From Chitinophagaceae bacterium (GTDB lineage: Bacteria > Bacteroidota > Bacteroidia > Chitinophagales > Chitinophagaceae): 45,422 nucleotides of DNA. Position numbers and translations under genes: made by a program. The DNA lies in NCBI GenBank assembly GCA_035474355.1, contig DATINK010000302.1, forward strand, positions 1 to 45,422, in the 5' to 3' direction. The notes under the pieces are model-generated. The model was not told the DNA's origin. It made no database searches and saw only the letters and a list, made by a program, of their open reading frames with translations. Every line of letters begins with the position of its first letter. Position 1 is the first letter of the stretch. Of this stretch, positions 28,523 to 38,846 are shown piece after piece.

Positions 28523-31468
28523 ATGAGAAAAATTTATACGCTGACTGCCTTGTGCCTTGCCCTGGCTACGTTCACCCAAGCTCAAAAGACCGACGGAAGT
28601 GTTAAAGGAAAACTCGTGGATTCGGCTGCCAGGCAATCGATCAGCGACGCTACCATTTCTGTTATTAATAAGAAAGATTCATCCCTTACCACATTTACAC
28701 TGAGTAATAAGCAGGGGGCATTTGAAGTAAAAGGCCTTGAAGAAGGAAATTATCAACTGGTGATCAGCCACCAGATCTACGAACTTTTTAAAAAATCATT
28801 CAGCATAACCGCTACTGATAAAAATATTGACCTGGGGAGCCTTTCACCCCAAAAGAATTATAAGACGCTGGACTCCGTGGTGGTGACCAACGACGCACCG
28901 GTTAAGATCATGAACGATACGATCCAATTCAAAGCCGATGCATTCAAGACGAAACCCAATGCCACGGTGGAGGACCTGCTTAAAAAGATCCCGGGTATGC
29001 AAGTAGATAAGGATGGAAATGTAAAGGCCCAGGGAGAATCTGTTCAGAAAGTATATGTGGATGGCAAAGAATTTTTTGGAACCGATCCGAAATTGGCTAC
29101 AAAGAATCTTACCGCAGATATGGTGGAAAGCGTACAGGTCTTTGATGACATGAGCGACCAGGCCAAATTCACCAAGATCGATGATGGCAGCAAGCAAAAA
29201 GCGGTCAACATTAAATTAAAGAAGGACCGTAATAAAGGATTTTTTGGCCGTGCGCTCGCTGCGTATGGTACCAATGATCGTTATGAAAGTAATATCAGCT
29301 TTAATAGATTCAACGGGAATAATCGCATCTCCTTTCTTTTCAATGCCAATAATATCAATAAGCAGGGATTTTCATTTTCCGATATCATTAGCTCGATGGG
29401 TGGATTCACTGCTGCGAGTGGCGGTGGAAATACCGCGGGTGGTGGTGCCATGGGCGGCGGCGGCAGCTTTGGTGGTGGAGGAGGTGGAGGCGGAATGGGC
29501 GGTGGCGGCATGATGATGATGATGGGTAATCGCGGCGGCGGCGGAGGATTTACAGGTGCGGGCCCTACTGGCATAACTAAATCACTTTCTACCGGCTTAA
29601 ATTTCAATAATGAATTTGGCACCCGGCTGAAGATGAGCGGAAGCTATTTCTTCTCGAGTTCCAATAACGAACAGGTACAGGAAACATTCCGTCAAACATC
29701 TTTTACAAATGATTCTCTTTCTTTCCTGACCAAGAATTCATTTTCCAATAACAAGAACCAGAATCACCGTTTCAACCTCAGGCTGGAATACCAGATCGAT
29801 TCCATGAATTCGATCCTGTATACGCCAAGCCTTACCTTTCAACATTCCAATAACCACAACGAGGATTCATCTTTTACTTTATCCAGTACGCCATCACAGG
29901 AATACCTGGCGCTTACCGGCAAGACCAAATACAGCAATGAGCGCGATGGCATAAATCTAAATAACAACATTCTTTACCGTAAACGCTTTCACCGTATCGG
30001 GCGGACATTGACCCTGGGTTATACCAACACGTATGGGCATAGTGAAAGTGAAGGCTTTAATATTTCTCCTATCTATTTCTTTAAACCGGACGGCAGCTTG
30101 CTGGGCATGAACAATCAGGACCAGCAAAACAAGCAAGTAACGGCGACGCATAATAACGTAGTGAGCTTGTCCTATACCGAACCATTCGGATTGAACAAGG
30201 TCCTCGAATTCAATTATGCCTACACGCATAACCGGAGCAACTCCGACAAAAAAACATTTAACTATAACAGCGGCTCTGGTGAGTATGATATAGCCAACCT
30301 GCCGCTGACGAATCGTTTTGAAAACACTTTTGAAGCACATCGTATTGGGGCCAATTTCCGGGTACAGGAGAAAAAATATAATTACCAGTTTGGTATCGGT
30401 GTACAAAGAGCAACATTGACCAGCGATAGTTACCAGGCAGTATTAGCAAAGGACTCGATCACGAGCCAGACCTATACAAATTTCTTCCCCACCGCCAGTT
30501 TCAACTGGACGCCCAGCCGTACCAAGGGTCTTCGGATCAATTACAGGGGAAGGACTAACCAGCCCAGTGTAACGCAATTGCAGAATGTTCCTGATGTCAC
30601 GAACCCCCTGTCGGTCAAAATAGGTAACCCCGAACTCAACCAGGAATTTACCCATAGCCTGGGGATCAACTTTAATAATTTCAACGTACTTACATTTAAA
30701 TTCCTTGCAGCAAACATCAATGTAAGCCTGACCAGGAATAAGATCGTGAACAGCATTGATACGGTAAACCGGTTTGTGCAGATCACAAAACCTGTTAACC
30801 TGAACGGCGCATTTACTTCATCGGCTTTCTTAACCATGGGTATTCCCTTTAAGAACCCCAAGTTGAAAGGATCGAGCCTCAATTTTACTACGATGGGCCT
30901 GTTCAACCGTGACGTCAGCGAACTATACAAACAAAGGAACATTGGAAAAACGATCACGATCACACAGACCGCCGGCGCCAATTTCAACTTTAAGGAAAAG
31001 CTGGACCTGGGTGTAAATGTCAGCGCCTCGTATTATGATATCAAGTATACCGGTAATGCCTTACTGAATGACCGCTATTTCTCACAGACCTATTCGGCAG
31101 ATATCTCTTATACATTTCCCAAGAATTTTATCCTGTCCACAGATATCGATTATTATGTGAACTCAGGTCGTTCGAATGGTTATAACCAAAGCATCCCCCT
31201 GTGGAATGCAAGCTTCAGCAAGCAAATATTCAAGAAGAAAAATGGCGAGATCAAGTTCTCTGTCAACGATATCCTGAACAAGAACCAGAGCATCACGCGT
31301 AACAATGGTGATAATTATATTGAAGACGTAAAAAGCATGGTATTGAAACGCTATTTCATGCTAAGCTTCCTGTTCAATCTCAATAAGATGGGAGGAAAGA
31401 ATGCACCCAATATGCCGGGCATGCCCAGGATGATGGAGAGAAACATGAAGAACGTCCGCATGTTCTAA
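28523..31468 (+). CDS. outer membrane beta-barrel protein with CarboxypepD_reg-like and plug-like N-terminal domains (TonB-dependent-receptor-like), paralog 1
   Basis: 981 aa. Signal peptide. GSVKGKLVD...NYQLVISH, plug-like [30 protein letters not shown], a Gly/Met low-complexity loop, and a C-terminal barrel ending in F. Confidence 0.8.
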   Translation: MRKIYTLTALCLALATFTQAQKTDGSVKGKLVDSAARQSISDATISVINKKDSSLTTFTLSNKQGAFEVKGLEEGNYQLVISHQIYELFKKSFSITATDKNIDLGSLSPQKNYKTLDSVVVTNDAPVKIMNDTIQFKADAFKTKPNATVEDLLKKIPGMQVDKDGNVKAQGESVQKVYVDGKEFFGTDPKLATKNLTADMVESVQVFDDMSDQAKFTKIDDGSKQKAVNIKLKKDRNKGFFGRALAAYGTNDRYESNISFNRFNGNNRISFLFNANNINKQGFSFSDIISSMGGFTAASGGGNTAGGGAMGGGGSFGGGGGGGGMGGGGMMMMMGNRGGGGGFTGAGPTGITKSLSTGLNFNNEFGTRLKMSGSYFFSSSNNEQVQETFRQTSFTNDSLSFLTKNSFSNNKNQNHRFNLRLEYQIDSMNSILYTPSLTFQHSNNHNEDSSFTLSSTPSQEYLALTGKTKYSNERDGINLNNNILYRKRFHRIGRTLTLGYTNTYGHSESEGFNISPIYFFKPDGSLLGMNNQDQQNKQVTATHNNVVSLSYTEPFGLNKVLEFNYAYTHNRSNSDKKTFNYNSGSGEYDIANLPLTNRFENTFEAHRIGANFRVQEKKYNYQFGIGVQRATLTSDSYQAVLAKDSITSQTYTNFFPTASFNWTPSRTKGLRINYRGRTNQPSVTQLQNVPDVTNPLSVKIGNPELNQEFTHSLGINFNNFNVLTFKFLAANINVSLTRNKIVNSIDTVNRFVQITKPVNLNGAFTSSAFLTMGIPFKNPKLKGSSLNFTTMGLFNRDVSELYKQRNIGKTITITQTAGANFNFKEKLDLGVNVSASYYDIKYTGNALLNDRYFSQTYSADISYTFPKNFILSTDIDYYVNSGRSNGYNQSIPLWNASFSKQIFKKKNGEIKFSVNDILNKNQSITRNNGDNYIEDVKSMVLKRYFMLSFLFNLNKMGGKNAPNMPGMPRMMERNMKNVRMF

Positions 31469-31499
31469 AAAAACAAACCCTGAAAGCGACCATATAAAA

Positions 31500-31523
31500 A
31501 CGTCCCGTCGTAAGGCGGGACGT
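31500..31523. terminator. bidirectional intrinsic terminator hairpin (10-bp stem, GTAA loop)
   Basis: ACGTCCCGTC-GTAA-GGCGGGACGT. The minus-strand version is followed directly by TTTTTATAT. The plus-strand version is followed by CTGTCATTTT. Confidence 0.6.
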
Positions 31524-31549
31524 CTGTCATTTTACAGGCTGGCGAATCG

Positions 31550-31705
31550 TTACTTTCTGTTATAGAAAGAGTTGGCGGCCGGCGAAGTGCCACTGATAAA
31601 TATACCCAGGATGGATTTAAGGAAACGGAATAAGTTCAGTGAAGGTTTGTAATGATGCCGGTAGATCTTGGCCTCCCTGTGCGCGTGAGCGATCTTGTGT
31701 TTCAT
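31550..31705 (-). CDS. candidate small protein (51 aa, His-rich N-terminus plus hydrophobic segment)
   Basis: Hand translation: MKHKIAHAHREAKIYRHHYKPSLNLFRFLKSILGIFISGTSPAANSFYNRK. It is below the ORF-track cutoff. Its stop lies 27 nt before the minus-strand terminator, and a promoter-like TAATTTTA sits 36 nt upstream. Confidence 0.25.
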   Translation of the reverse strand: MKHKIAHAHREAKIYRHHYKPSLNLFRFLKSILGIFISGTSPAANSFYNRK

Positions 31706-31955
31706 ATAATAGTTTATTAAAGGGTTTGCGATCGGTTCTTTAAAATTAGACGATAATTCCCGCAGCCGGAAGCCCCCGCCATGTTATTGAGCCGTTAATA
31801 CAAAGAAAGCGGGAAGGCCTCGGGGAAAACACCTGCCTTTTTTACGAAAACGCTGATCTGCCTGCCGGCAGACAGGCACTAACAATTTATTAATTTATTA
31901 ACCTTCATTAACATTAAATCAAGCCCTATTAACCCCTTATCGCAGTCAATAAGAA

Positions 31956-31963
31956 TATTTTCG
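31956..31963 (+). promoter_or_regulatory. variant -7 box TATTTTCG for outer membrane protein paralog 2
   Basis: Same TAnnTTCG variant and the same 19-nt spacing to the ATG as in paralog 1. Confidence 0.35.
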
Positions 31964-31982
31964 TAGCCGAAACGAATCCTTT

Positions 31983-34802
31983 ATGAGAAAGATCTACCTA
32001 TCCCTGCTTTCCTTATTTGTTGCGGGCAGCCTCTTCGCCCAGAAAAATGGTTCCATCAAAGGCGTGGCATTTGATACGCTTAGTAAACAGACTGTAGCAT
32101 CAGCTACGGTTACAGTCGTGGAAAAAAAGGATTCCTCCCTGGTCACGTTTACCATGACGGACAATAAGGGATATTTCGAATTGAAAGGCATTCCCAACGG
32201 AGAATACCGGTTACTGATCACCCATATCAGCTATCATAATAGTAATACCTTCTTCACGATCAGCGATGCGAAGAAAAACCTGGAGCTGGGCAATATCGTG
32301 ATGAATGACAGGATCAAAGTGTTGCAGGAAGCCATCGTGGGTGAGGCGCCACCCGTGACCATGATCAATGATACGGTCCAGTATAACGCTTCCTCCTTCA
32401 AAACACAGCCTAATGCCAGTGTCGAACAATTGCTGAAGAAATTACCGGGTGTGAAAGTTGAAAAGGACGGAACGATCAAGGCCCAGGGAGAAAAAGTAAA
32501 TAGGGTACTGGTTGATGGAAAGGAATTTTTTGGGAATGATCCTAAACTTGCTACTAAGAACCTGCCGGCGGATGCGATCGACAAGGTACAGGTCTACGAT
32601 AAGCAAAGCGACCAGGCGCAATTAACCGGCTTTGAAGATGGTAATTATGAAAAAACGATCAACCTGAAACTTAAAAAGGATAAGAAAAAGGGGGTATTCG
32701 GAAAGGTGAGTGCCGGCGCAGGCACGGATGGACGTTACCAGGGGAAATTCAACGTGAATTCTTTTAAAGGGGCCAGGCAGCTATCCACCATAGGTATGGG
32801 CAACAATACAAATACAGAAGGCTTTAGTTTTATGGACATGTTGAATTTTTCAGGTGAACTGGCAAGATTAAAAAGCGGAATGAGCGGGGGTGGAAATATC
32901 AATATTAATATTTCAGGCGATGATGCAGCGGGAATGGGACTGGGTGGCGGCGGCAACCGGGGCATCAATACTACCAGGGGCGGAGGGATCAACTATAATA
33001 ATATTATCGGGACCAAGCTTGATTTCCAGAGCAACTATTTTTATAACATGTTCAACCCGAATAACGAAAGCCATATCCAGCGCCAATATTTACTGCCGGA
33101 TTCTTCTTATTTCTATAACCAGAATTCTTACACAGATAATATCACTAATAACCACCGGCTCAACCTGAACATGCTTTACCAGCTCGATTCCATGACTACG
33201 CTCAGGATCACGCCCTCTTTCAGTTACCAGCTGAATGATAACCGTTCCAATACAGACTATGAAACGCTCACCGAAGAAAAAAATCTTACGAATAAAGGAT
33301 TCAGCAATACAATCGGGAATAATGAAGGGTTTAATTTCCGTAATGACATCATTTATCGGAAAAAATTCAGCCGCAAGGGGAGGACCTTGTCCCTGAGCCT
33401 TCAGACCAGTTTGAATAAAAGTCATGGTGGCGGCAACCTTTCATCCATCAATACTTTTTACAATCCCAATGGAACGGTGTTGAGGAAAGATTCACTTGAG
33501 CAAACGAATACCACAACCGCTGACCTGCTCGGTTATAATGCCCGGATCGTCTATACAGAACCGCTGTGGAGAAAATCACTGATGGAGTTTAGTGTTGGCC
33601 GGAGCAACACCAAGAACACATCGCAAAAGATCACGCACGATTATAATAAGATCAGCGGAAAATATGATATGCTGAACAATTCACTGACAAACGATTTTGA
33701 AAATGAATATAGCTATACGAATGGCGGGTTCAGGACGCGGACACAAAAGAAAAAATACAATTATGCCCTGGGCATCACCTGGCAGGAAGCGGAATTAAAA
33801 GGAAAGATCATCAGCGGTGTAAAAGACTCCCTGATCAGCAAGAAATTTGATAACCTCTTACCCAATGCCAGGTTCCAGTACAATTTTTCAAAATACAAGA
33901 GCCTGTCATTAAATTACAATACGTCTACGAACCAGCCTACCATGGCGCAGTTGCAGCCCGTTCCGGACAATAGCAATTCCTTGCTCATCCGGGAAGGCAA
34001 CCCCGACCTGAAACAGGAATTCGTGAATACGATCCAGGCACATTTTAATGCGATCAGCCCATACAAGAACAGGAATTTCTTTGGGTTCTTCACATTTATG
34101 TCAACCCGTAATAAGATCGTCAATTACGATACAGTTAATCAATTTGGTGTCCGTCGTACAAAACCCGTGAATGTGAAAGGGGCCTATAATATGAACGGGA
34201 GCCTGAGCTACAGCATGCCGGTAAGATTCCTGAAAGGCACAATCGAATTCAGCAGCAATGGAGGATATTCAAGTGGCAAGCAATTCATTAATACCATCGG
34301 TAATACCATAAAGACACTTACACTCGGTCCCGGGGTTCGCCTGGACATGACACCCAGCGATAAACTGAACCTGGGATTGGGCGCTGAATTGAATTATAAC
34401 AAATCAAAATATTCACTTCGACCCGATCTTAATAACAGCTATTTCTCACAGGAGTATAGTGCCTCGGTCGACTTGCAGTTACCGGCACGGTTTTTCTTCT
34501 CGACTGATTTTACTTATACCATCAATACAGAAAGAGCAACAGGATTCAATACCAACGTGCCCATGTGGAATGCCAGTATCAGTAAGGGCGTGATGAAATT
34601 CAATCGCGGGGAGTTAAGATTCAGTGCACAGGACCTGCTGAACAGGAATATAGGTATCAGCCGCAACTCGAACCAGAATTATATCGAGGACAGCAGGGTC
34701 AAGACCCTTCGCAGATTCTTCCTCTTGACATTTACTTATAGCTTGAGTAAAACTGGTTTGAATACGGCGAGTTCCGGTGGAATGAGGATGATCACGAGAT
34801 GA
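31983..34802 (+). CDS. outer membrane beta-barrel protein with CarboxypepD_reg-like and plug-like domains, paralog 2
   Basis: 939 aa. Alignable with paralog 1 along its whole length (MRKIY..., [36 protein letters not shown]...LRRFFLLTFTYSL). Confidence 0.8.
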   Translation: MRKIYLSLLSLFVAGSLFAQKNGSIKGVAFDTLSKQTVASATVTVVEKKDSSLVTFTMTDNKGYFELKGIPNGEYRLLITHISYHNSNTFFTISDAKKNLELGNIVMNDRIKVLQEAIVGEAPPVTMINDTVQYNASSFKTQPNASVEQLLKKLPGVKVEKDGTIKAQGEKVNRVLVDGKEFFGNDPKLATKNLPADAIDKVQVYDKQSDQAQLTGFEDGNYEKTINLKLKKDKKKGVFGKVSAGAGTDGRYQGKFNVNSFKGARQLSTIGMGNNTNTEGFSFMDMLNFSGELARLKSGMSGGGNININISGDDAAGMGLGGGGNRGINTTRGGGINYNNIIGTKLDFQSNYFYNMFNPNNESHIQRQYLLPDSSYFYNQNSYTDNITNNHRLNLNMLYQLDSMTTLRITPSFSYQLNDNRSNTDYETLTEEKNLTNKGFSNTIGNNEGFNFRNDIIYRKKFSRKGRTLSLSLQTSLNKSHGGGNLSSINTFYNPNGTVLRKDSLEQTNTTTADLLGYNARIVYTEPLWRKSLMEFSVGRSNTKNTSQKITHDYNKISGKYDMLNNSLTNDFENEYSYTNGGFRTRTQKKKYNYALGITWQEAELKGKIISGVKDSLISKKFDNLLPNARFQYNFSKYKSLSLNYNTSTNQPTMAQLQPVPDNSNSLLIREGNPDLKQEFVNTIQAHFNAISPYKNRNFFGFFTFMSTRNKIVNYDTVNQFGVRRTKPVNVKGAYNMNGSLSYSMPVRFLKGTIEFSSNGGYSSGKQFINTIGNTIKTLTLGPGVRLDMTPSDKLNLGLGAELNYNKSKYSLRPDLNNSYFSQEYSASVDLQLPARFFFSTDFTYTINTERATGFNTNVPMWNASISKGVMKFNRGELRFSAQDLLNRNIGISRNSNQNYIEDSRVKTLRRFFLLTFTYSLSKTGLNTASSGGMRMITR

Positions 34803-34865
34803 TAACTGATAGTTGCCGGCCTTGTTGGTGTTTCGCATAGCAAGCTTGTAAAAAGCGCTATTTCT

Positions 34866-35606
34866 TCATTTCAGGTGGTATTCTTTGTTCAATATTTCTA
34901 TTATTTCAGTTGCATCCTTTTTAAATTTTGGGTAGTCGGAATCAATGTAACGATTTAAGATAAAGATCATGTTTGATAAAATGGTTTGACGCTCATCCCA
35001 TAATTGAAAGCCATAACCCGATTTCTCGGCAGACATTTCAGGTTCGAGCAGCGATGTATGATCGAGAAATTTCTGATAATTTGTTTCGAACAGGAGCATT
35101 TGAGATGATTGCACCCCACCGAGATATGATCTATTTTCAAGATGAGATTCAGAGAATTTCTTTATAGTCCATTCATATTGTGTTAGTTTATTGATAATGT
35201 TAAGGTTTGTAAAATACCTCAAGGCCCCCGAATTTTTTAACTCAGAGTAGATAGCATCATGAGGAGAGAAAACAGATTGGAAGGTTTCAAATTCATAGCC
35301 ACGAAAACCCCTCAAATCTGCAACTGTTATTTCACTCTTCTGCTTTTTAAAAATATTTTTCAGGGCTGACTGTGCTTTTTTCATGCCCGGTACTTGTCGC
35401 TCAATCACGAAAATATCCGCAGTATCGCTGACCAGATCATTTTTAAGCATCCGCGCATAAGCCTTGGCCCTTTTATGTTCTATATAGTGTTCACGGAGGT
35501 TTTCTACAAAAAAACCAGTAGTAATCGCCAGGAACAGCATAAAAAATTCCCAGAAATAATGGCCCCATTTTTTTCTTGCTGAGTGAACATGTTGATGAAC
35601 TTCCAT
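34866..35606 (-). CDS. hypothetical membrane-anchored protein
   Basis: 246 aa. A single N-terminal TM (YFWEFFMLFLAITTGFFV). No recognisable domain. Confidence 0.55.
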   Translation of the reverse strand: MEVHQHVHSARKKWGHYFWEFFMLFLAITTGFFVENLREHYIEHKRAKAYARMLKNDLVSDTADIFVIERQVPGMKKAQSALKNIFKKQKSEITVADLRGFRGYEFETFQSVFSPHDAIYSELKNSGALRYFTNLNIINKLTQYEWTIKKFSESHLENRSYLGGVQSSQMLLFETNYQKFLDHTSLLEPEMSAEKSGYGFQLWDERQTILSNMIFILNRYIDSDYPKFKKDATEIIEILNKEYHLK

Positions 35607-35664
35607 GGTAGATGGTGTTGTTACTCATGAAGATAAAATAAATTGTATTCTCGCCTTCCCGGTA

Positions 35665-35692
35665 TTAAAAAACCCCCTCGTTTGAGGGGGTT
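35665..35692 (-). terminator. Rho-independent terminator of the GLPGLI gene
   Basis: Minus-strand AACCCCCTC-AAAC-GAGGGGGTT followed by TTTT, 25 nt after the TAA at 35717-35719. Confidence 0.75.
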
Positions 35693-35716
35693 GAAATTAA
35701 ATAGTTGAGGAGGCGT

Positions 35717-36517
35717 TTAATTCATCCGGAAGACACGCTGTCCACCACTATTATTCTTTTGCATTTCTTCCATCATTTTGGCGGTTTCTTTCCGGTATTC
35801 TTCAGGCGTATAATGTTTTTTTCCTGTGGGCTCTTTGATCGAAGCAAGGTCTGCTTTTTCAGATATGGCCAGCGCCTTGTATAACTGGCGTCCATCGCCG
35901 ATATCCATTTCAAGGATCAGGCCGGGGAGTTGGCCCTGGTATTCAGCCGGTCCGGCAGGAACAGGAATTTCTGATGTGAACCAGGCAATGATAACGGAGG
36001 TATCGGAAACTTCTTTTCTTTCCATCTTGCCGTTGTCCATATTCATAGTTGTCCTTTGCGAGATAGTCGTTGCCGTGGCTTTGCGGCAAAGATGATTCAG
36101 GATAGTTTTCGTTTCTTCTCCCATCTTCCATTTTAATGAGCGTATACTGTCATCAATAATGAATTTTTTATCAAACAACTCACGCAATTCGGTTCTTTTT
36201 CCATTCTCAAAATTGTTATATAGAACATTATCACTTCCTGCAACCATCATGTGGATCTGTACACCTCCACCACTGGAGTTATCATCCTGGGCTTCCTGTT
36301 CGGCCTGGTGCCATAAGGATTGACCATTACCAAACACCAGTTCAAATTTATCGGTCCGGGTCTTGGGTATCGCCCTTTCCATTTCTTCATTCATACCCAT
36401 GATGCGCATCTGTACCTGGGTGGTTCTTTCGTATACAATAGTTCCTTCCTTTTGCTGGGCAAAAGCGGAGAGCGCTGCCCACCCCAAAGCGCCGGCGGAC
36501 ATGATTATTCTTTTCAT
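35717..36517 (-). CDS. GLPGLI family protein (Bacteroidota-specific, secreted)
   Basis: QGQLPGLILEMDI carries the family-naming motif. ATG 36517 gives the signal peptide MKRIIMSAGALGWAALSAFAQ. Upstream in-frame ATGs at 36535 and 36559 are less likely. Confidence 0.75.
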   Translation of the reverse strand: MKRIIMSAGALGWAALSAFAQQKEGTIVYERTTQVQMRIMGMNEEMERAIPKTRTDKFELVFGNGQSLWHQAEQEAQDDNSSGGGVQIHMMVAGSDNVLYNNFENGKRTELRELFDKKFIIDDSIRSLKWKMGEETKTILNHLCRKATATTISQRTTMNMDNGKMERKEVSDTSVIIAWFTSEIPVPAGPAEYQGQLPGLILEMDIGDGRQLYKALAISEKADLASIKEPTGKKHYTPEEYRKETAKMMEEMQKNNSGGQRVFRMN

Positions 36518-36629
36518 AATGAGTGATTTTGACATAAAATTAAAACCAACGGGCCGCAAGATAAGTTAAGCCACCTTTCATTAAGGTTAATAAAGGTTAA
36601 AGACGCTTAAATAGCCCGTCACATTAGGT

Positions 36630-36637
36630 TATTTTTG
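36630..36637 (+). promoter_or_regulatory. -7 promoter box TATTTTTG for the two-component operon
   Basis: Exact TAnnTTTG 12 nt upstream of ATG 36650. It covers the TTG used as the start in the ORF track. Confidence 0.4.
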
Positions 36638-36649
36638 TTGGCACAACAC

Positions 36650-38119
36650 ATGACCCGTTTACAAGGACTTTCTGTATTGATGGGGGTCGCCATGCTGGGG
36701 ATCACCGGCTTCCAGGTCTACTGGTTGAAACAGAACTATGACCGGGAAGAAAAGACCCTGGGCATCAAAACGGAAGTCACTTTCCGCGAAACGATCCAGC
36801 ACCTGCAGGCTGCCAAACTCAAGCTGGATATGCTGCCTTCGGATTCAATTCCGGATGGAAAATTAAGAATATGGACAAGCGGGAATAACCCGGAAAGGGT
36901 CACTGCTAAATTTATTCCCAGTGAAAACATAATTTCTACTATCAATGTTGTAAAAAGCAGGCTAAGGGATTCTGTTGATAAGAAACAGGAACTCAAAACC
37001 GGGATGATCATATCATTGGATAAATCTTCGGTGGATATCAGGAGGGATTCAACAAAATTTAACAGGCGCATCGAGCAAGGCCTCAAGAACCATTTGTTCA
37101 GCCTAATGTATGGCGTGGATTCTTTACAGGATTCACTAAAACTTCCCGAAATCAACATTGCCTTTGCGAGAGCATTGAAAGAACAAAACCTGCATGTGCC
37201 ATTTTCCGTTGAACGCCTGGATTCCTGCTGTTTGCCGGACGAACATATATTAAACCAGGTAACGGTGGGATTCATGAATCCCGTCACTTACCAGATGAAT
37301 CTCGGAAATACATTTCCATATCTTCTCAAAAGGATCAGCCTGCCGATCCTTTTCTCCTTTGTGTTGCTGGGGATCACCATTCTTTCATTTGTTTTGCTTT
37401 ACAGGAACCTGCTCAGGCAAAAAAGACTGGCGGCACTGAAAAATGAATTTATCAGCAATATCACCCACGAATTAAAAACACCGATCGCTACAGTTGGTGT
37501 GGCCATTGAAGCGTTGAGAAGTTTTAATGCCATGGAGGATCCGCGACGCACGAAAGAATACCTTGATATTTCTTCCAACGAGTTGCAACGCCTGGGGCTC
37601 CTGGTTGATAAAGTCCTTAAGCTGTCGATGTTTGAGAAAAAAGAAATAGAACTGAAATACGAAGCGCTCAACCTGGGAGATGTGGTAGAAGAAGTGGTAT
37701 CCTCCCTTCGCTTACAACTGGAAAAACATCATGCGAGAGTAAATATTACAAAAGAAGGTGACCTCGGAATGGAGGGAGACAGGCTGCACCTGCAAAGCGT
37801 AGTATTTAACTTGCTTGACAATGCATTAAAATATGGAAAGGAAGTTCCCGCTATACAGATCCATCTTAAGGAAAAAGACAATGCGGTAACGATGAATATT
37901 ACGGATAATGGGATCGGAATTCCTTCTGAATATAAGGACAGGATATTTGATAAGTTTTTCCGGGTCCCGCATGGCGATACACATAATGCAAAAGGATATG
38001 GATTGGGGTTGAGTTATGTTGCCCATGTTGTGCAACGTCATCGCGGCGAGATCCAGATCGAAAGCCAGCCGGGCATCGGTACCCAATTTATGATCACCCT
38101 CCCAAAAAATAACGGATGA
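36650..38119 (+). CDS. sensor histidine kinase
   Basis: H-box NEFISNITHELKTPIA, N-box LLDNALKY, G-boxes DNGIGIP and GYGLGLSYV, and two TM segments. ATG 36650 is preferred over TTG 36635 because of the promoter box. Confidence 0.85.
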   Translation: MTRLQGLSVLMGVAMLGITGFQVYWLKQNYDREEKTLGIKTEVTFRETIQHLQAAKLKLDMLPSDSIPDGKLRIWTSGNNPERVTAKFIPSENIISTINVVKSRLRDSVDKKQELKTGMIISLDKSSVDIRRDSTKFNRRIEQGLKNHLFSLMYGVDSLQDSLKLPEINIAFARALKEQNLHVPFSVERLDSCCLPDEHILNQVTVGFMNPVTYQMNLGNTFPYLLKRISLPILFSFVLLGITILSFVLLYRNLLRQKRLAALKNEFISNITHELKTPIATVGVAIEALRSFNAMEDPRRTKEYLDISSNELQRLGLLVDKVLKLSMFEKKEIELKYEALNLGDVVEEVVSSLRLQLEKHHARVNITKEGDLGMEGDRLHLQSVVFNLLDNALKYGKEVPAIQIHLKEKDNAVTMNITDNGIGIPSEYKDRIFDKFFRVPHGDTHNAKGYGLGLSYVAHVVQRHRGEIQIESQPGIGTQFMITLPKNNG

Positions 38120-38802
38120 GCGCCACCAGGATATTGTATGTGGAAGACGAAGTCTTCCTGGGAAAGATCGTCAGGGAAAGCCTGGAAAGCAGAGGCTTTG
38201 AAGTGATCATGGAAAGCGATGGGGGAAAAGCCATTCCGCTTTTTCAAAAAAGCAAACCGGATGTTTGTGTGCTGGATATTATGCTCCCCAATAAAGATGG
38301 TTTTACAATTGCCGATGAGATCCGGGAACTGGATGAAGAAATACCCATTCTTTTCCTGACCGCGAAGACACAGACAGAGGACGTCGTTAAGGGATTTACA
38401 TTGGGAGGAAATGATTATATCCGCAAACCATTCAGTATGGAAGAACTGATCGTGAGAATTGAGAACGCGTTGAGGAACAAAGCTGAAAAAAAACCGGTTT
38501 CGGGGCCGGAAGTACCGATCGGGAAATTTACATTCAGTACCAACCGCCAGGTATTGAGTTTTGGCGGAGAGAATAAAAAACTTTCTTACCGCGAAAGCGA
38601 ATTACTCAAATTGCTTTTTGAAAACCGGGATAAGATCATCGACCGCAAAGAAATACTTACGCTACTCTGGGGAAACGACTCTTTTTTTAATAGCCGTAAC
38701 CTGGACGTCTATATCACCAAGCTGCGCGGCTATCTCCGCCAGGATCCCGCTTTGGAGATCATTACGATCAAGGGTATCGGATACCGCTTCATTACTTCCT
38801 GA
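38116..38802 (+). CDS. OmpR/PhoB-type response regulator
   Basis: 228 aa. Receiver domain (DVCVLDIMLP, LTAK) plus winged-helix (LDVYITKLRGYL...GIGYRF). ATGA overlap with the kinase gene. Confidence 0.9.
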   Translation: MSATRILYVEDEVFLGKIVRESLESRGFEVIMESDGGKAIPLFQKSKPDVCVLDIMLPNKDGFTIADEIRELDEEIPILFLTAKTQTEDVVKGFTLGGNDYIRKPFSMEELIVRIENALRNKAEKKPVSGPEVPIGKFTFSTNRQVLSFGGENKKLSYRESELLKLLFENRDKIIDRKEILTLLWGNDSFFNSRNLDVYITKLRGYLRQDPALEIITIKGIGYRFITS

Positions 38803-38825
38803 AGATCACTTACCAAGAACCTTAC

Positions 38826-38833
38826 TAACTTTG
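38826..38833 (+). promoter_or_regulatory. -7 promoter box TAACTTTG for the 38847 gene and nagA
   Basis: Exact TAnnTTTG 13 nt upstream of ATG 38847. Confidence 0.4.
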
Positions 38834-38846
38834 TAAAAATTATTTT

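Noticed and set aside
29281-29622. 113-aa Pro-rich minus-strand ORF ([26 protein letters not shown]).
   Set aside because: It is simply the reverse complement of the GGN/ATG-repeat tract encoding the Gly/Met loop of outer membrane protein paralog 1.
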